From Bdellovibrionales bacterium (lineage in GTDB: Bacteria; Bdellovibrionota; Bdellovibrionia; Bdellovibrionales; JAGQZY01), in contig JANPLN010000071.1 of the NCBI GenBank assembly GCA_031426555.1, positions 1-53,907 on the forward strand: 53,907 nt of DNA. The letters run 5' to 3'. The notes under the pieces are model-generated. The model had not been told where the DNA came from. It made no database searches and worked only from the letters and a program-made list of their open reading frames with translations. Of the stretch, positions 25,710 through 35,022 are shown piece by piece. Numbering within the stretch: the first letter of the stretch is position 1; each line of letters begins with the position of its first letter. Position numbers and translations under genes: made by a program.

Positions 25710-27662
25710 ATGTTTAATCCTGTTAAAATGTTTCAATTGCTTTTAATTTCAATGCTTTTTGTGCAGCTTCCAAATTTCGCCGAAGCGAAGAGCGCAAGTA
25801 AATCGAAAGTGTCAGATACCAACGTTAAGTTGAAGTTTGATTCGAAAGTTTACTACCGACTTTCACACAAGAATCGTTTGAAGTACTTGCAGATTTTTTC
25901 GGATCTAGCAGTGCAAATGGAAAAAGCTGATAAGAAAAATCGAAAAACAGCGGACTCCGACTTCTACTACGATTTGCAAAACCTGTTATTCCCTCGCGCT
26001 GACGCACAAGCCACAACAGTTTGTTTAAATGGTGGAATATTTTTTGATAAGCCAGCGTCTGCAGCAAGTTGTTCTGCGGCTACCACGGTTCCTGAATCGA
26101 GCACACCATCAGAGCTCGCCACGTTTTTTACCTGTGGAGCAGCCAATCGTTGCGCAGCTTATTTTGGTGTAGATTCTGCGGGTCAGGGTTTTTGTTTTGA
26201 AAACTTTTCAAGTGCTACGTCTCAGTGCCAAAGCAAGAGCACTGCTGCCAACGGTCAAACTAACTTGAGAGATAAATTAAACAACTGTTCTGCCAACCAG
26301 CCAATGTGTGGAGTTTTCCAGCGCGCCATGGCCATGGATTCTGCAAAAATAGATCAGTATTGTAATACAAACAGAAATACGGCGAGTTACTGCCAGACGG
26401 CGCGCACCGCTGCAACGACGATGAATGTGGCAGCAGCCACTTTTGCATCAGCTCCCGGCGCGACTCCGTTGGATGCAACTTCGGGTTGCAGTGAAATGCA
26501 CACGCGAATGGGCAGCAGCACTATTGCTGGAGATTCTCTCAGTCAGCAAATGGGATTTCAACGTCCTCCAGATGCGTATTGGATGTACTTAGTGACTGTG
26601 GCATCAAATGCATGCCCCATTCGCAAAGATACCAGCGAAATTTTAAAAGCCGTTGGAATGTGTGAATCACCGGCGGCTGTTTCGTCGCCGTGCGCGAGTC
26701 AACGAACAGGTTTAGGAAAATGTATTAGCGGGATTTTCGAAACTGGCACTGCAGCTGACTTTGCCTCTCGCTATGCTGGAATGGCGACCTGCCGTCCGGG
26801 CCCCAATGGCTGCCAAGCGCGCACAGGCTTACAATTAAAAAATGATCTGATCATCGGGGTCAGTCTAGATTCAAACCTTGAGCCCATCGCAAAAAAACTT
26901 TGCCCCGTACAAACTGAAAGCTTTATGACGTGTAATGCGGCAAATCCAAGAGCTTCGGTGAACGTCGATAATCCGAGCAATGTGGAATTGGCTTTAACGG
27001 ACGGTAGCCGTAACGGAAACAAATACTTCGGAGCTTCAGAGGCTGTGAATGGTCTGATCAATGGAAGACAGCCTAGCACGGCACAAGCGGAGGATTTTTC
27101 GCGAGCTTTCGGAATGTCAGTTCGAGATTTTAACAGTCTTTTCTGTGCCGCTGATGCAACTGAATTTGCAAAAGCGCGCCAAAATATCGTATGGACTCCG
27201 CAAACAGATATGCAACGCCGTATGCGCAATTGTATTCAAACCACAGTTCCGGCAACCGTGGCCTCTACGGGCGAAGCCGTACAATCAAATTACGGGCGCC
27301 AAAACTGTACATCTCGTCAAGTGACACGAACCAGCGCCAACGGAATGCGCGATCTGCAAGATTATCTTTATTACGAAACCTCTTCCGGTTACTGCCGTCG
27401 CTTTGGAACAACTAAATCGACAACAAATCCGTCAAGCCTTGGCGGGAAAATTGTTGTACCTTGCGCGGCAACCAGCCACTCTGGCTTGCCTAAAGAGTAC
27501 GTGCGTTTAGAACACGCCGTGAACGGTTCGACGACTCCTGCGGTTTATGCGTGTATCGATAATTTAGCAGCCTCAGAGGCATTCCAGATTTATACCATGT
27601 CTTGTTCATCATCCACGGGGAACGGTGGAGATGCCGGTCAAGACGGTGGAACTGATAGATAA
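25710..27662 (+). CDS. Large secreted Cys-rich hypothetical protein
   Basis: Signal peptide (AEA), AAGGAG RBS, about 26 Cys, Ser/Thr/Ala-rich. Confidence 0.8.
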   Translation: MFNPVKMFQLLLISMLFVQLPNFAEAKSASKSKVSDTNVKLKFDSKVYYRLSHKNRLKYLQIFSDLAVQMEKADKKNRKTADSDFYYDLQNLLFPRADAQATTVCLNGGIFFDKPASAASCSAATTVPESSTPSELATFFTCGAANRCAAYFGVDSAGQGFCFENFSSATSQCQSKSTAANGQTNLRDKLNNCSANQPMCGVFQRAMAMDSAKIDQYCNTNRNTASYCQTARTAATTMNVAAATFASAPGATPLDATSGCSEMHTRMGSSTIAGDSLSQQMGFQRPPDAYWMYLVTVASNACPIRKDTSEILKAVGMCESPAAVSSPCASQRTGLGKCISGIFETGTAADFASRYAGMATCRPGPNGCQARTGLQLKNDLIIGVSLDSNLEPIAKKLCPVQTESFMTCNAANPRASVNVDNPSNVELALTDGSRNGNKYFGASEAVNGLINGRQPSTAQAEDFSRAFGMSVRDFNSLFCAADATEFAKARQNIVWTPQTDMQRRMRNCIQTTVPATVASTGEAVQSNYGRQNCTSRQVTRTSANGMRDLQDYLYYETSSGYCRRFGTTKSTTNPSSLGGKIVVPCAATSHSGLPKEYVRLEHAVNGSTTPAVYACIDNLAASEAFQIYTMSCSSSTGNGGDAGQDGGTDR

Positions 27663-27676
27663 TCAAGATTGGAACA

Positions 27677-28876
27677 GTGATGAATATTTTTAAAAAATTA
27701 TACATCATTGTTCTTCTTACTTTGCCTGCTAGCTTTTCATTTGGACAATTTTCAACGACCACTCAATGGGGACGTTGCCAATCTGCACTCAAAAAAATTC
27801 CCGCCTCTGGTGCTGTTGCTCCAGAATTACTAACTGCGTGCACAACAGCCTGTGATGTTTCGCGGCTGGTTGACGGTGTGCATATTCATTATAAAGATTT
27901 AAAAGCCGGGTTTGATTACTGTTCAAATCCAAATCTTTCGGGTCGCACGGGCGCTGCTACGGGTGCCGCCGCCCGCTGTGATGCCGCCGCGGGATTACTG
28001 ACGAGCACGGCTGCGCAGGATCCCTCCGTGTGGGAGGCGTGTGTTGCGGATTGCGACGCTGCCGTTGCCGAAGCAACTCAGGACACCCTTCGACAGAGAT
28101 ATTCTGGAACGGCTGCAGGTTGTGGCGAAAAAATTCAAACAGTTGTAGAGCCACCACTTCCGGACGACGGTGGAACCGTCGCCGAGGACACTGGTGGCAG
28201 CACAACGGGCGACCTTCCGGTGGCCGACACGGGCAGTCCCAACACACCCGCTTTGAACAGCGCGCTTTCCGGTTTGAGTGCAAACTCAAGCAGCCTTAGT
28301 CCCATTGATCCGGGCAGAGAAGTGAACTTTCGCGGTTCTGGGAATTCTTCAGGGAGTTATGGTGATGTTGCGAATGGCGTTGGAGCTCTCGGTGCACAGG
28401 GGGGCGATGTTCTTCCTCCCCAGCGCTTTGATGATGTTGTAAGTGCTTCTGCCGAAGGCCCGAAAGCCGACGCAGCCAATTTTGGTGGCGGTGGTGGCGG
28501 CGGTGGCGGCGGCGCGGGCGGAGGGCCCAGCGGTGGCGGAGCTCGCCCCGGAGCTGGCGGTGGAGCGCGAACTTCGGCGGCAGGCGCACAGCTTGCAAAG
28601 CAAGGCACAAATCAGTTTTGGCCTGGAGGCTCAGGCGGAACTCCTGCGGGTGGCAAAGCAGCGGCGCGCACAACCGCCACAGCGTTAAAAGTCCCATTGG
28701 TGGAAAAACCAAAATTTGGTCCTGAGTATCTCAACAAGGGAACCGGCAGTGATGGCCTGTTAAGACTTTGGGGAGCTGGCATGAACAGACTTCCAGTGGA
28801 CAGAGGTTCACAGAGTTGTCGCGATCAAACGATCTTTTGCAACCTCGAAAACTTTGATTTCGAATTTAAACCCTAG
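27677..28876 (+). CDS. Secreted Cys-rich and Gly-rich hypothetical protein
   Basis: Signal peptide; two RC...ACxxxCD...C units; poly-Gly linker; C-terminal Cys pair. Confidence 0.8.
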   Translation: MMNIFKKLYIIVLLTLPASFSFGQFSTTTQWGRCQSALKKIPASGAVAPELLTACTTACDVSRLVDGVHIHYKDLKAGFDYCSNPNLSGRTGAATGAAARCDAAAGLLTSTAAQDPSVWEACVADCDAAVAEATQDTLRQRYSGTAAGCGEKIQTVVEPPLPDDGGTVAEDTGGSTTGDLPVADTGSPNTPALNSALSGLSANSSSLSPIDPGREVNFRGSGNSSGSYGDVANGVGALGAQGGDVLPPQRFDDVVSASAEGPKADAANFGGGGGGGGGGAGGGPSGGGARPGAGGGARTSAAGAQLAKQGTNQFWPGGSGGTPAGGKAAARTTATALKVPLVEKPKFGPEYLNKGTGSDGLLRLWGAGMNRLPVDRGSQSCRDQTIFCNLENFDFEFKP

Positions 28877-28893
28877 GGTGTGTTACACACCCT
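28875..28893. terminator. Hairpin between convergent genes
   Basis: AGGGTGTG-TTA-CACACCCT; no U-tract. Confidence 0.4.
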
Positions 28894-28905
28894 CAGAGGC
28901 AAATA

Positions 28906-29415
28906 CTACGGGCAGCTAGCAGTGTTGTTTTCGATGTGCGACGGAGTATCAACAACGATGGCCTCGCAAGTCATAGCGTAATGAAATCCATCATAAATAA
29001 CATCTTTACCAACAAGCGTGTCGACTCTTTTTCCGTTAATCATCTTGCTACTTTGAATTTCTAACTCGAGACCGTCGCTCCATGTGCTGAAAGGCAAACT
29101 CACAGTGTTTCCATTTTTGCTCAATGGACCGCTAAACCATTCACCGAGATTGAACTCGTGGTTAAAGACAGTTTTTTTCTGGCTCTCTTGTCCAAAATCT
29201 GGAAATGTTCCAGTTGAATCAGCTAAACTACAATCCGCGGCCTTTACAGATTTAAAAGATGTTACTGTGAGCGTGGCATATTCATACGAGGAGTGATAAC
29301 TAGGAGGTTGTGCATTCCATTGACCTTTGCAAATCAGTGGTTCCACAAAGTAGCTCTCAGCTTTCGCAAAAGAAACACAGATCAAAGCAGACAGAAATAT
29401 AATTTTTTTAAGCAT
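28906..29415 (-). CDS. Secreted hypothetical protein
   Basis: Start at ATG 29415 (MLKKIIFL, AAGGA RBS); signal peptide ending AKA. Confidence 0.7.
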   Translation of the reverse strand: MLKKIIFLSALICVSFAKAESYFVEPLICKGQWNAQPPSYHSSYEYATLTVTSFKSVKAADCSLADSTGTFPDFGQESQKKTVFNHEFNLGEWFSGPLSKNGNTVSLPFSTWSDGLELEIQSSKMINGKRVDTLVGKDVIYDGFHYAMTCEAIVVDTPSHIENNTASCP

Positions 29416-29547
29416 GGTAAGTCCTTTTTTAGATAATTGAAAACCCAAGCTTACCCGACGGACAGAGTCTTTAGCAGATCGCATCGATATTTTTAGTTAA
29501 ATATGTAAAGGTTACTTTGTAAAAATTGAGATTTTCGAGATGACCGA

Positions 29548-30060
29548 CTATTTTTTTCGTTCAAACAAACAAAATGAATATTTGAGTTTTTCGCCCTTGC
29601 TGTCGACGGCTTTGTCATCCGTGCGATCGACCTTTTCTTTAAGCTCAAACTCATCAGCCCACTCGGGATAAAAAGCGTCGCCTTCCACTTCCATATCGAT
29701 GAGTGTGAGGTAGAGGCGCTGTGCTAAAAACAAAGTTTGCGTGTAAATTTCAGCGCCGCCCACAATCATGATCTCATCGCCAAAGTTTTCGTGCTTTTTT
29801 TGACAGTCGCGGATGGCCTCGAGAACATTGTGAAATACCACCACACCCGGTCGCGCCCAGTCCTTGTCGCGAGTGACCACGATATTTCTGCGTTCAGGGA
29901 GCGGCTTTCCCAGGGAATCAAACGTTTTCCGTCCCATGATGATGGATTTGTTCAGCGTGCGGGCTTTAAAATATTTTAAGTCTTCAGAAATCTTCCAAGG
30001 CAAATCGCCATTGTGACCGATGACGCGATTTTTGCTAACCGCAGCGATATGGCTGATCAA
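29548..30060 (-). CDS. folA: Dihydrofolate reductase
   Basis: IG-x-x-G-x-[32 protein letters not shown]; overlaps the thyA stop. Confidence 0.95.
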   Translation of the reverse strand: MISHIAAVSKNRVIGHNGDLPWKISEDLKYFKARTLNKSIIMGRKTFDSLGKPLPERRNIVVTRDKDWARPGVVVFHNVLEAIRDCQKKHENFGDEIMIVGGAEIYTQTLFLAQRLYLTLIDMEVEGDAFYPEWADEFELKEKVDRTDDKAVDSKGEKLKYSFCLFERKK

Positions 30061-30866
30061 ACTGAAACCTCAGCGGCGATGCGTGGGTGCGGATTGTAGT
30101 CGATGAGGGTGAAATCTTCGTAAGCAAAATCAAAAATGTTTTTAATTTTCGGGTTCATAATTAATTTTGGAGCGCGCTTTGGTTCTCGCGAGAGCTGAAG
30201 TTTAGCCTGCTCGAGATGGTTGGAATAAAGGTGAGCATCGCCAAGCGTATGAATAAACTCGTTCGGGCGCAAACCACAAACCTGCGCCACCATCATCGTG
30301 AGCAAAGCATAGCTGGCAATGTTAAAAGGAACACCCAAGAACACATCGGCACTGCGCTGATAAAGCTGACAGGACAAACCTTTTTCCGAAACATAAAACT
30401 GAAAAAACGCATGGCAGGGAGGCAGAGCCACAGATTCCACATCACCAGGATTGTAAGCGACAACCAAGTGTCGTCGCGAATAGGGATTGGTTTTGATCTG
30501 TTCGATAACGTTGGCGATTTGATCGATGGTTCGTCCGTCTGGTGTTTTCCACGAGCGCCACTGCTGGCCATAAACCGGACCGAGTTCCCCTTCTTCGTCG
30601 GCCCACTCATCCCAAATTGTGATGCCATGTTCTTGCAAATACTTAACGTTGGTGTCGCCGCGAAGAAACCAAAGCAATTCGTAAACCACCGACTTGAGAT
30701 GAACTTTTTTAGTGGTGAGAAGCGGAAAGCCATCCTGCAGATTGAACCGCATTTGATGGCCAAAAAGACTGAGAGTGCCCGTGCCTGTGCGGTCTTCTTT
30801 TTTTTCACCCTTGGTCAGGATTTGGTTCATGAGATCAAGGTATGTTTGTTCAAGAATGGCTGCCAT
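30057..30866 (-). CDS. thyA: Thymidylate synthase
   Basis: [33 protein letters not shown] motifs. Confidence 0.97.
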   Translation of the reverse strand: MAAILEQTYLDLMNQILTKGEKKEDRTGTGTLSLFGHQMRFNLQDGFPLLTTKKVHLKSVVYELLWFLRGDTNVKYLQEHGITIWDEWADEEGELGPVYGQQWRSWKTPDGRTIDQIANVIEQIKTNPYSRRHLVVAYNPGDVESVALPPCHAFFQFYVSEKGLSCQLYQRSADVFLGVPFNIASYALLTMMVAQVCGLRPNEFIHTLGDAHLYSNHLEQAKLQLSREPKRAPKLIMNPKIKNIFDFAYEDFTLIDYNPHPRIAAEVSV

Positions 30867-30893
30867 AGTGGTGGTCTCCCTGGTTCTCGACTG

Positions 30894-30943
30894 ATTTTAT
30901 GCACTGGTTTCAGCTTGTCAAAGAACGCAACGCATCTTATAGC
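30894..30943. promoter_or_regulatory. Overlapping divergent sigma-70-type promoters for thyA and the HD gene
   Basis: - strand TTGACA-N16-TAAAAT (30921 to 30894); + strand TTGTCA-N17-TATAGC (30915-30943). Confidence 0.5.
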
Positions 30944-30951
30944 TTTATTCC

Positions 30952-32241
30952 ATGGAAATTAAAGATCCTGTTCACGGAACCATCACTTTAGCGCGCGACG
31001 AGGTGTCAGTTGTTGACAGCGCAGAGTTTCAACGTTTACGGCTGATCAAGCAGTTAGGCTTCTCGGAGTTCAGTTTCCCAGGCGCCACCCACAGCCGCTA
31101 CCTGCATTCCTTGGGCGTTTGCCACATGGCGGGAATTGCTTTTGACTACATTTTTAAAAATTACGAATTTTCCACGCCAGAAAAGCGCAAGCGTTTTCGC
31201 CAGGTTGTGCGCCTGGCAGCCCTTTTACATGACATCGGGCACGGTCCGCTAAGCCATGCCACCGAAGAGGTCATGCCGCCGCGCTCAGCTTTGAATATTC
31301 AAATATACGCCCATCGTAAAAGCCCGGTCACCCCCGAGGGCAAAGCGTCGCACGAAGATTACACGGTCAAGTACATTACCGACTCTCCGCTGACAGATAT
31401 TTTAAAAAAGTCATTTCCCGACATCACGCCTTACCACATCGTGTGCTTGATCGATAAAACTTTGGAATTGAAAGATGATTTTTTTACCGATAACGGCCTT
31501 AACTTTCGCACGATTTTAAGTCAGATGGTGAGCTCCGAAATTGATGTGGACCGCATGGATTATTTGGGTCGCGATGCTTACTTCTGCGGGACCAATTATG
31601 GGCACGTCGAAACCAACTGGTTGCTCTCGAATTTCACCTTTCATGTAGTGGAACAAGAGGTTTACCTTGCGCTGAACAAGCGCGCACTTTACACCTTTGA
31701 CGATTTTTTGATTTCTCGCCATCACATGTACTTGATGATTTATTTCCATCACAAAAGTATCATCTACGAGGAAATGCTCTATCGCTATTTGACCTCGAGC
31801 GATTGTAAATACCAACTTCCAGCGGATATTAACCAGTACACGCGTTGCACGGACTATTCTCTTTATGAGCACTTGGCCAACTCTTCAAACTACTGGGCAC
31901 AAAAGATTACTCAACGTCAGCCATTTAAAGTTTTGTTCGAAAACCACGTCACCCACGAAGATCCAAAGATGAATCTGCTCGCCGATCAACTTCGCTCCTC
32001 GGGGATTGATTTTATCACAGCCAGTTCCCAGGCTCGTTTATCTAAATACCATGGTGGATCCCAGGAAGATAAATCCTTTCAAATTTTTGTCATCGATGAA
32101 TACTCGCCGCGCGAGACGCCCATCACCATCGACAAGTGCACACAGATCTTTGAGATGTACGAAAAAACCCGTCGCATCGAACGCATCTATGTTCCGAACG
32201 AGGTTTTAGATCGCGCGAAAAAGATTCGCGAGTCTCTATAG
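30952..32241 (+). CDS. HD-domain phosphohydrolase, SAMHD1-like dNTP triphosphohydrolase family
   Basis: DPVHG, FQRLRLIKQLG, FPGATHSRYLHSLG, LLHDIGHGPLSH, DVDRMDYL and IYFH motifs. Confidence 0.88.
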   Translation: MEIKDPVHGTITLARDEVSVVDSAEFQRLRLIKQLGFSEFSFPGATHSRYLHSLGVCHMAGIAFDYIFKNYEFSTPEKRKRFRQVVRLAALLHDIGHGPLSHATEEVMPPRSALNIQIYAHRKSPVTPEGKASHEDYTVKYITDSPLTDILKKSFPDITPYHIVCLIDKTLELKDDFFTDNGLNFRTILSQMVSSEIDVDRMDYLGRDAYFCGTNYGHVETNWLLSNFTFHVVEQEVYLALNKRALYTFDDFLISRHHMYLMIYFHHKSIIYEEMLYRYLTSSDCKYQLPADINQYTRCTDYSLYEHLANSSNYWAQKITQRQPFKVLFENHVTHEDPKMNLLADQLRSSGIDFITASSQARLSKYHGGSQEDKSFQIFVIDEYSPRETPITIDKCTQIFEMYEKTRRIERIYVPNEVLDRAKKIRESL

Positions 32242-32373
32242 TAATAGAATCTCCGCTAAAGAACTTTTTTGAAACGTATCTCTGAAACGTATATAAGTTA
32301 AACATTTTGCCGTTGTTTTCCTGCAACACCCTTATATTTCTCATTATTTTTTTGTCTCTCATTGCGACAGGAC

Positions 32374-32400
32374 TAAAGTTTTGTCTCGACCCGCCGATAG
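32374..32400 (+). promoter_or_regulatory. sigma-28 (FliA) promoter of the first flagellin
   Basis: TAAA-N15-GCCGATAG, near-perfect consensus. Confidence 0.85.
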
Positions 32401-32415
32401 TCTAGGTAGCAGTCG

Positions 32416-32431
32416 GTTACAAGGAAGTGAC
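32416..32431 (+). promoter_or_regulatory. CsrA-type GGA hairpin in flagellin leader
   Basis: GTTAC-AAGGAA-GTGAC stem-loop; further GGA motifs up to the RBS. Confidence 0.55.
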
Positions 32432-32479
32432 ACCAGAACGTGTGTTGTCTAGAGGACGGAGACTGCAGGAGGAACGTAT

Positions 32480-33307
32480 ATGAGTCTAAGGATTAATACA
32501 AACATGGCATCCATCAATGCGCAAAGAAACCTGGATGTCCAACAAACAAGAAACACGAAGGCGATGAAAGCACTGTCTTCGGGAAGTCGAATCAATTCGG
32601 CGGCGGATGATGCTGCAGGGTTGGCGATCTCGGAAAAACTGCGAGCGGATATTCGCGGCATGGGAATGGCGCGACAGAACGCAGAAAATGCAGTCTCCTT
32701 TATCCAAGTGGGTGAGGGCGGATTGAACGAAGTAAACAATATATTAGTGCGCTTGCGCGAACTCGGTATTCAGAGCGCCAGTGACACCATTGGTGATGAA
32801 GAGCGCGGTTTTCTCGATATGGAAGCCCAGCACTTAATGGAAGAAGTAGACCGTATTGCCGAAACCACAAAATTTGGTCAACAAAATCTTCTCAATGGGT
32901 CCCAGGACGAATTGGAATTTCAAGTGGGTATTGGAAGCGACGAAAACAGCACGATCCGTTTTAAAATGGATGCGGATGCAACCACGTCAAGCCTCGGCGT
33001 CAGTGGCTTAGATTTCGGTGACAAATCGGGAGCGCGAGATGCTCTGGATTCCATCGATGAAGCCCTTGTGAAAGTGGGCGGCATGCGCGCTAACTTCGGC
33101 GCCATTCAAAACCGAATGGATTCTGCAGTTCGCAATATCGATGTTCAGAAGGAAAGTTTATCCACGGCGAACTCACGAATTCGCGATGCCGACATTGCTC
33201 ATGAAACTGCCGAGCTGACGTCTTCGCAAATTTTGCAGCAGGCCTCCATTGGGATGTTAGCGCAGGCTAATAGTGCTCCATCAGCCGCGTTACGCTTGAT
33301 TGGGTAA
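32480..33307 (+). CDS. fliC: Flagellin
   Basis: MSLRINTN, LSSGSRINSAADDAAGL, RANFGAIQNR, SRIRDAD motifs; short 275-aa type. Confidence 0.97.
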   Translation: MSLRINTNMASINAQRNLDVQQTRNTKAMKALSSGSRINSAADDAAGLAISEKLRADIRGMGMARQNAENAVSFIQVGEGGLNEVNNILVRLRELGIQSASDTIGDEERGFLDMEAQHLMEEVDRIAETTKFGQQNLLNGSQDELEFQVGIGSDENSTIRFKMDADATTSSLGVSGLDFGDKSGARDALDSIDEALVKVGGMRANFGAIQNRMDSAVRNIDVQKESLSTANSRIRDADIAHETAELTSSQILQQASIGMLAQANSAPSAALRLIG

Positions 33308-33345
33308 CTGGTTGTTTTGAGTCCAAGACCTAAGTAGAACCGATC

Positions 33346-33373
33346 AAAAGCCCGGAGAGATTCGGGCTTTTTT
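33346..33373 (+). terminator. Rho-independent terminator
   Basis: AAAAGCCCGGA-GAGA-TTCGGGCTTTTTT. Confidence 0.85.
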
Positions 33374-33550
33374 GTTGATATTTTAGACTCTTCCGATCTT
33401 CGTCGAGTCTTGAATTCTTTGTAAAAAACAAATCAACGTCTTGATTTTGTTCCCACTTTTAAAAATTTAATACCTTAGGCTGGAAAAAATTCTCCGCTCT
33501 ACCATCGTCTAGTTTGCTGCAGACGTTGGTCTAGATCAACTAGACGCGAC

Positions 33551-33577
33551 TTCAGACAAGTCCAGATCCGCCGAAAG
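33551..33577 (+). promoter_or_regulatory. Probable sigma-28 promoter of the second flagellin
   Basis: TTCAG...GCCGAAAG with sigma-28-like spacing. Confidence 0.55.
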
Positions 33578-33624
33578 TACTGTTGTGAGCGATGACTCAC
33601 ACAAACTTAACTCGGAGGAAGAAT

Positions 33625-34458
33625 ATGAGTTTAAGAATCGCGACGAATGTGCCGTCGATAACTGCACAGCGGAGTTTGGAAGGAAATCAAAAGATCATGG
33701 ATAAAGCCATGGGTCAGTTGGCTTCTGGAAGTAGAATAACAAAAGCAGCCGATGATGCTGCGGGCCTCTCCATTTCCGAAGGAATGAAGGGTCAAATTCG
33801 AAGCTTCAAGCAAGCTTTGCGTAACACGAACGATGGGGTTTCCCTGTTGCAAGTTGCGGAAGGTGGTCTTGGAGAGATCAGTAACATATTCACCAGACTT
33901 AGAGAGCTTGGAATCCAGGCAGCCTCAGACACAATTGGTGATAACGAACGCGGATTCATCAATCAGGAATTGACCCAGCTTATGCAAGAAGTAGATCGCA
34001 TTGCTGTTTCCACAAAGTTTGGAAGTAAAAATCTTCTCGATGGAAATGGTGACACCTTTGATTTTCAAGTTGGCATTAACGGCAGCGGCGAAAGCGATGT
34101 CATATCGTTCTACTCTTCAGAGTCCAACGCAACGTCTTCAAATCTCGGTGTTTCGGGAATTGATTTTACCTCCAAAGATGGAGCAAAAGACGCGCTTGCA
34201 CTCCTTGATGAAGCACAAAATAAAGTAAATGGTTTTAGAGCCAACATTGGAGCTTTGCAAAACAGATTGAGTTCGACATCTGAGAATCTAGGTACTCAGA
34301 TCGAAAATCTATCTGTCGCCAATTCACGCATCAGAGACACGGATGTTGCAGAATCGACTGCGGAGATGACAAAAAGTAATATTTTGTTAAACGCATCGAC
34401 GGCTGTATTAGCACAGGCGAACGAGGCACCACAGCAAGCTTTAAGACTTTTAGGCTAA
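33625..34458 (+). CDS. fliC: Flagellin (second paralogue)
   Basis: Start ATG 33625 after GGAGG; MSLRIATN, LASGSRITKAADDAAGL, RANIGALQNR, SRIRDTD. Confidence 0.97.
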   Translation: MSLRIATNVPSITAQRSLEGNQKIMDKAMGQLASGSRITKAADDAAGLSISEGMKGQIRSFKQALRNTNDGVSLLQVAEGGLGEISNIFTRLRELGIQAASDTIGDNERGFINQELTQLMQEVDRIAVSTKFGSKNLLDGNGDTFDFQVGINGSGESDVISFYSSESNATSSNLGVSGIDFTSKDGAKDALALLDEAQNKVNGFRANIGALQNRLSSTSENLGTQIENLSVANSRIRDTDVAESTAEMTKSNILLNASTAVLAQANEAPQQALRLLG

Positions 34459-34480
34459 GCGAACGACGATTCTTCCTCTT

Positions 34481-34510
34481 ATGGGCCCGCATGGGGCGGG
34501 CCCATTTTTT
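34481..34510 (+). terminator. Rho-independent terminator
   Basis: ATGGGCCCGC-ATGGG-GCGGGCCCAT followed by a T run. Confidence 0.85.
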
Positions 34511-34523
34511 GGAGATGTCACAT

Positions 34524-34551
34524 TCAAGAAAAAGGGCAACAAATCCGATAA
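34524..34551 (+). promoter_or_regulatory. sigma-28 promoter of flaG
   Basis: TCAAG-N15-TCCGATAA. Confidence 0.65.
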
Positions 34552-34560
34552 AGATTGTGG

Positions 34561-34929
34561 ATGAATATAAGATCTTTATCGCAGCTTCCAACGGTGATCT
34601 CGCCGACGAAGGTTTCTGAAGCCTCGACCGCGATCAAACCACATGACACAGCAGAAAGAGATGCTGATGGCCGTCAACCTTTTGGCGAGGAAAAAAAACG
34701 TCCCGTTACAGAGGAAGAACTCGAAAAAATCATAGAAAATTTAAAAAAGCATCCTGGCGTTATAGCTAGCCAGCTAAGTATTGAGCTTATCCAAGAAGAA
34801 TCTCGCCAGTTTTTGTTAATCAAGAGCAGTGACGGTCAAATCATTCGTCGTGTTCAAGAGATAGATTTCTACCAACTCCTCGAAAATCTAGACCAATCCA
34901 ACGGTCGCATTTTTAGTAAAGCCGCTTAA
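34561..34929 (+). CDS. flaG: FlaG-like flagellar protein
   Basis: Lies between fliC and fliD; 'IKSSDGQIIRRV...GRIFSKAA' FlaG-like C-terminus. Confidence 0.6.
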   Translation: MNIRSLSQLPTVISPTKVSEASTAIKPHDTAERDADGRQPFGEEKKRPVTEEELEKIIENLKKHPGVIASQLSIELIQEESRQFLLIKSSDGQIIRRVQEIDFYQLLENLDQSNGRIFSKAA

Positions 34930-35022
34930 TTTTCCTCGACCCTCTCCGTTCGACGAGAGCCATATTAATGACTCACATTGTTTGCTTTTTCTCATTGATA
35001 ATGAAGAAAGAAATGGAGAACT

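Noticed and set aside
28484..28530. GGC/GGT trinucleotide run
   Set aside because: Explained by the in-frame poly-Gly linker with mixed codons.
24128..30866. Folate cluster linking trmFO with thyA-folA
   Set aside because: They are on opposite strands and separated by three unrelated genes; proximity alone is not evidence.
30216..30962. 248-aa ORF antisense to thyA, and similar long shadow ORFs (9491-10120, 7824-8504, 22082-22594, 43041-43628)
   Set aside because: They overlap well-supported genes and have no recognisable motifs.
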